This document shows positions 60,180-64,000 of a DNA stretch of 64,000 bases, one piece after another (within the stretch, counting starts at the first letter, position 1; every line of letters starts with the position of its first letter). The notes under the pieces are model-generated. The model was not told where the DNA came from, ran no database searches, and saw only the letters and a list, made by a program, of their open reading frames with translations. The translations under genes and the position numbers were made by a program. This DNA is from Octopus vulgaris (lineage: Eukaryota), in contig OX597819.1 of NCBI GenBank assembly GCA_951406725.2, positions 28,210,001 through 28,274,000 on the forward strand, given 5' to 3'.

Positions 60180-60610
60180 TGTTTGTTTTCCCAGAGCACC
60201 ATTCAGTAACTGTTAGCTAACTTACATAAGATTTAAACATCACAACCAGATACTTTTTCTGCTGTTATTTCTGCGCCCCAGCAGCTGCTTGTTAAAAGCT
60301 GAATAAATGCTGTTTGCCGGTTCTTGTCATTACACTGTGTATGATTTAAACAGAAAAAACAGTTCGGAGATTCGTTACGATTACAAACAACAACCATCGT
60401 ATTATGAACTTAGTTGTTTTAATTTCTTTTTTTTAAATAATAAGTACATATGTAGCGATTACTGTATGAAGAGTAGCAAGTTATTCCGACGACAATGTTG
60501 TCAGACCTGCCACAGCATACAACAAACCTACACTGAGTCTGACTTGTATAATGGATGGAGTTAATTGACACTTTATTATATAACTATTTTACTGACAACA
60601 CAGAGTTTTT

Positions 60611-60618
60611 ACTTCCGG
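60611..60618 (-). promoter_or_regulatory. ETS/GABP-type site (CCGGAAGT) in CpG-retaining candidate LONRF promoter
   Basis: Exact ACTTCCGG on plus strand, about 430 bp upstream of the ATG; TSS itself not determinable. Confidence 0.35.
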
Positions 60619-62168
60619 GTCAGCTTCGAAGCCTTTAAATTTCACATGGCACATTATCTACGCGGCGGTACTTTCTCCTCCTTATTGCACGTACGGGGTT
60701 TATTTTCTTTTCAAGCCAATAACCGGAATTTAGTGATAATTACCAATACATTTTCAGCGTTTTCCACTTTCGTTATCTTATATAATTAGATAAATTCTTT
60801 TATATTCGTATTTCCCATTATCGATTCATAAAATTGCGAGGCGAGTGTTTACACACACACACACACTCCCAAATACATAAGCGAGTTTGCGAGCCCAACG
60901 TGAGAGCTTCTACACATTCACTCGATCTGCTAAAAATAGCAGTTAAATTCCCTTCAAATCTCACCCTATTGTCTTTAAAAAAAAGAAGGGCACATTCGAT
61001 AATGTAGTTTTAGATATACAAAAGGACTGGATGGTTACGGCAGGAATGCTTTTCATCAGGGGTATCAGAGGTATCCTATATTTCTGTTTACATAATATAC
61101 ATGTTCCCTCGTGTACATAAACGTGTTTCCATTCATTTAGCCTTTATATAAGCCTGTATGTATATGGATATATTCCAGACGTTCATTTATTGTTGACAAG
61201 AATATCGTGATAAGGAAGCTAAAAATGTCAATTTCTGTGTATTATTTTCTAACAACTTAAAAAAAAACCCATCTTAATTGTTATTGTTTTTTAGCCCTAG
61301 GTCACTCTTGAATGAGCAGATCTATAGTTAAACGTAATGCAACAATAAACTCATCGTTTTTTGGGTTTTTTCTATTACCCCGGTGTCATTACGTATTCCA
61401 TATAGTGTTGAATATTATTTTTAAGTCGGTAGAGTATAATTTTAAGGAAATTTGGTAGCTATTTCTAGCAAGCAACCACGTAAAGGTTCCCTTGACATCG
61501 CCATGAGCGAATTTACGTTTTAGATTACGTATTTTATTGGATCAGTCATTAATAATATTCCATATAATAAAAGCAAAGATTCTCTTATTAGGGTATCCTT
61601 GCTTTTTCGGTCCATAATTCGAATTGGTCTTTTGATTACGTAATTTATAATGTTTCACGATTGGACTTTTACATGCAGAAATTACTATTAGCGACCCGAA
61701 TGAGTGAGATATTGGACATTGCTGCTACCCACAGAGAAGTTTGGACAGTTAGTGATTTAGTATGTGCTCTGGAATTGGATGTTGTATTGAATGGCGCGCA
61801 AAACGTCATTTAATTCGCAACAATTGTTCATATGAAAGGTGTGGAGAACCTGCCTGCCTAATTTCACATTAGGAACACTGCGACGGTTGCTGATGGAATG
61901 CAGGGGATTAAATTTTGTAAAATCTATCCACTTTCCCTTTCCTTTTTTCTTTTTTTTTTTCTTCTACTCGATCGCATCTGTTAAGCTGGTAAAACGCCAC
62001 AGACTCTCTTCGCAAGTCACCTGCCCGAATTCAACGGCTGCTGGTATATCTGATGACCTTATTGTAACAATCTGTAACCAATATCTTAGTTGATTGGTTC
62101 TTATATATGGCTGCTCTTTCTGGTGAGACGAATGGCCTACCAGAGCCATTCCTTTATATTGTTGAAAT

Positions 62169-62207
<39 letters not shown>

Positions 62208-63220
62208 TTTCGAATACATTATACTAATTTTATATACTTTTGGGATATATTTCGAATTTTAGTTTTTCTAGTCGAATCTAGACCTATAAAAGTGAGGGTA
62301 CCCAGTTATTACGTATCAGTTACTTTAATATTGATGAAACCACTATTTTTTTATCATAGCTGAAGTAAAAAAAAAAAAAATTATAATACTTGCACTCAAA
62401 ATGTTAGAAATATTCCGTTAGCATGAAATGTCATTTTTGGCTGTTTTGTTAGAACTTGGTGATGACTTCTGTAAATTTGAATCTAAATAAGCTGTTGGTA
62501 TCTGCAGTTCTCTTTTATTAGCAGAATCCTTTTCCTTATAATTATTATGGTGTAGACGGAATACTTATTTTCCAATCAAGTTGATAGATGAATATTGGTT
62601 TTAAATTTTGGCACAAGGCCAGCAAGTTCGGGAGAGGGGTAAGTCGATTACATCAACCCCAGTGTTCAACTGGTTCTTATTTTATTGACCCCGAAAGGAT
62701 GAAATGCAACGTCAACCCCAGTAGCATTTGAACTCAGAACTTGAAGTGAGAAGAAATACTGCCAAGCATTTATCCTGGTGCTGTAATGTCTCTACCAGCT
62801 CGCCACATTTCATTTATGAATGTTGAGCCTTGTTTTATGGAAAATAAACAGTTGCTGAAGAATTTAACTCAATTTCTTGAACTAGCGGTTTCCAAACTTA
62901 TTTTGTCACAAAACTTTTTGTGTAATTTTCTAAAAATCGCAGAACCAACACCTATATTTCGCAGACAGTCCCTGCTATCCTAATTTTAAGAAGACATTAA
63001 ATAGAACAAAAATTGAAGAGAATGGACTAAGCAGAGCAAGAGCACACACGAAGATGGAAAGTGTCACTGAAGAGGTCACAGATGTGTGAAGAACAAAAAT
63101 TGTTTTAGCAAAAGAGAATTTATTTACAAAAATATGAAAAACTATTATTTTCATAATGATGAATACCTTTTTTTTTTTTAATAAAATAAATTAAATTTGA
63201 ATTTTATTAAGATATTTATT

Positions 63221-63632
63221 AGGAGTGGCTGTGTGGTAAATAGCTTGCTTACAAACCTCATGGTTCCGGGTTAAGTCCCACTGCGTGGCACCTTGGGCAA
63301 GTGTCTACTATAGCCTCAGGCCGACCAAATCCTTGTGAGTGGATTTGGTAGACGGAAACTGAAAGAAGTCCGTCGTATATATGTATATATATATTTATAT
63401 ATATGTATGTGTGTGTATATGTTTGTGTGTCTGTGTTTGTCCCCCCCCCCCCCAACATCGCTTGACAACTGATGCTGGTGTGTTTACGTCCCCATAACTT
63501 AGTGATTCAGCAAAAGAGACCGATAGAATAAGTACTAGGTTTACAAAGAATAAGTCCTGGGGGTCGATTTGCTTGACTAAAGGTGGTGCTCCAGCTTGGC
63601 CACAGTCAAATGGCTGAAACAAGTAAAAGAGT
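63221..63632 (+). mobile_element. SINE family C, full length
   Basis: Similar to 29331-29740; followed by a degraded 5' half copy (about 63634-63790). Confidence 0.9.
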
Positions 63633-63798
63633 GGGCACAGACACAACTTCATGGTTAGAAGTTTGCTTCCCAACTACATGGTTCTGGGTCCACTGTGGCA
63701 TCTAAGGCAGGTGTCATCTATTATAGCCTCAGGCTGACCAATGCCTTGTGAGAGGATTTGGCAGATGGAAGCTAAAAGAAGCCTATCATGTATATATG

Positions 63799-64000
63799 TG
63801 GCAGTGAACTGGTAGAATCGTTAGCGCGCCGGGCGAAATGCTTAGCGGTATTTCGTCTGCCACTATGTTCTGAGTTCAAATTCCGCCGAGGTCGACTTTA
63901 CCTTTCATCCTCTCTGGGTCGATAAATAAAGTACCAGTTTCGCACTGGGTCGATGTAATCGACTTAATCCCTTTGTCTGTCCGTGTTTGTCCCCTCTATG
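63799..64000 (+). mobile_element. SINE family B, runs off the window end
   Basis: Colinear with 2402-2600. Confidence 0.9.

Overview
AT-rich, repeat- and microsatellite-dense animal genomic DNA; the SINE families and composition suggest an octopod cephalopod (inferred, not verified). One protein-coding gene is supported: a minus-strand, 12-exon LONRF-family E3 ligase (TPR + two C3HC4 RING fingers + LON substrate-binding domain). I assembled it by hand from 60179 (ATG) to 13890 (TGA): 2124 nt, 707 aa, all introns GT-AG with consistent phases, and a 30.9-kb first intron. The rest is transposon debris: three tRNA-type SINE families, CR1/L2-, RTE-, R4- and Hero-like LINE fragments, a hAT relic, MITEs, a non-autonomous Helitron and a probable solo LTR, plus about 11 kb of (TA/CA/TACA)n arrays. 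Nearly all other ORFs in the track are artefacts of those repeats. I found no clearly new multi-gene system. The best leads, all hypotheses, are an 8-pentamer heat-shock-element array in the solo LTR, a minimal hammerhead-like motif beside exon 5, several long inverted repeats in the LONRF pre-mRNA, a possible internal promoter with an in-frame alternative first exon at a CpG boundary near 42.3 kb, and stacked uORFs before the start codon.
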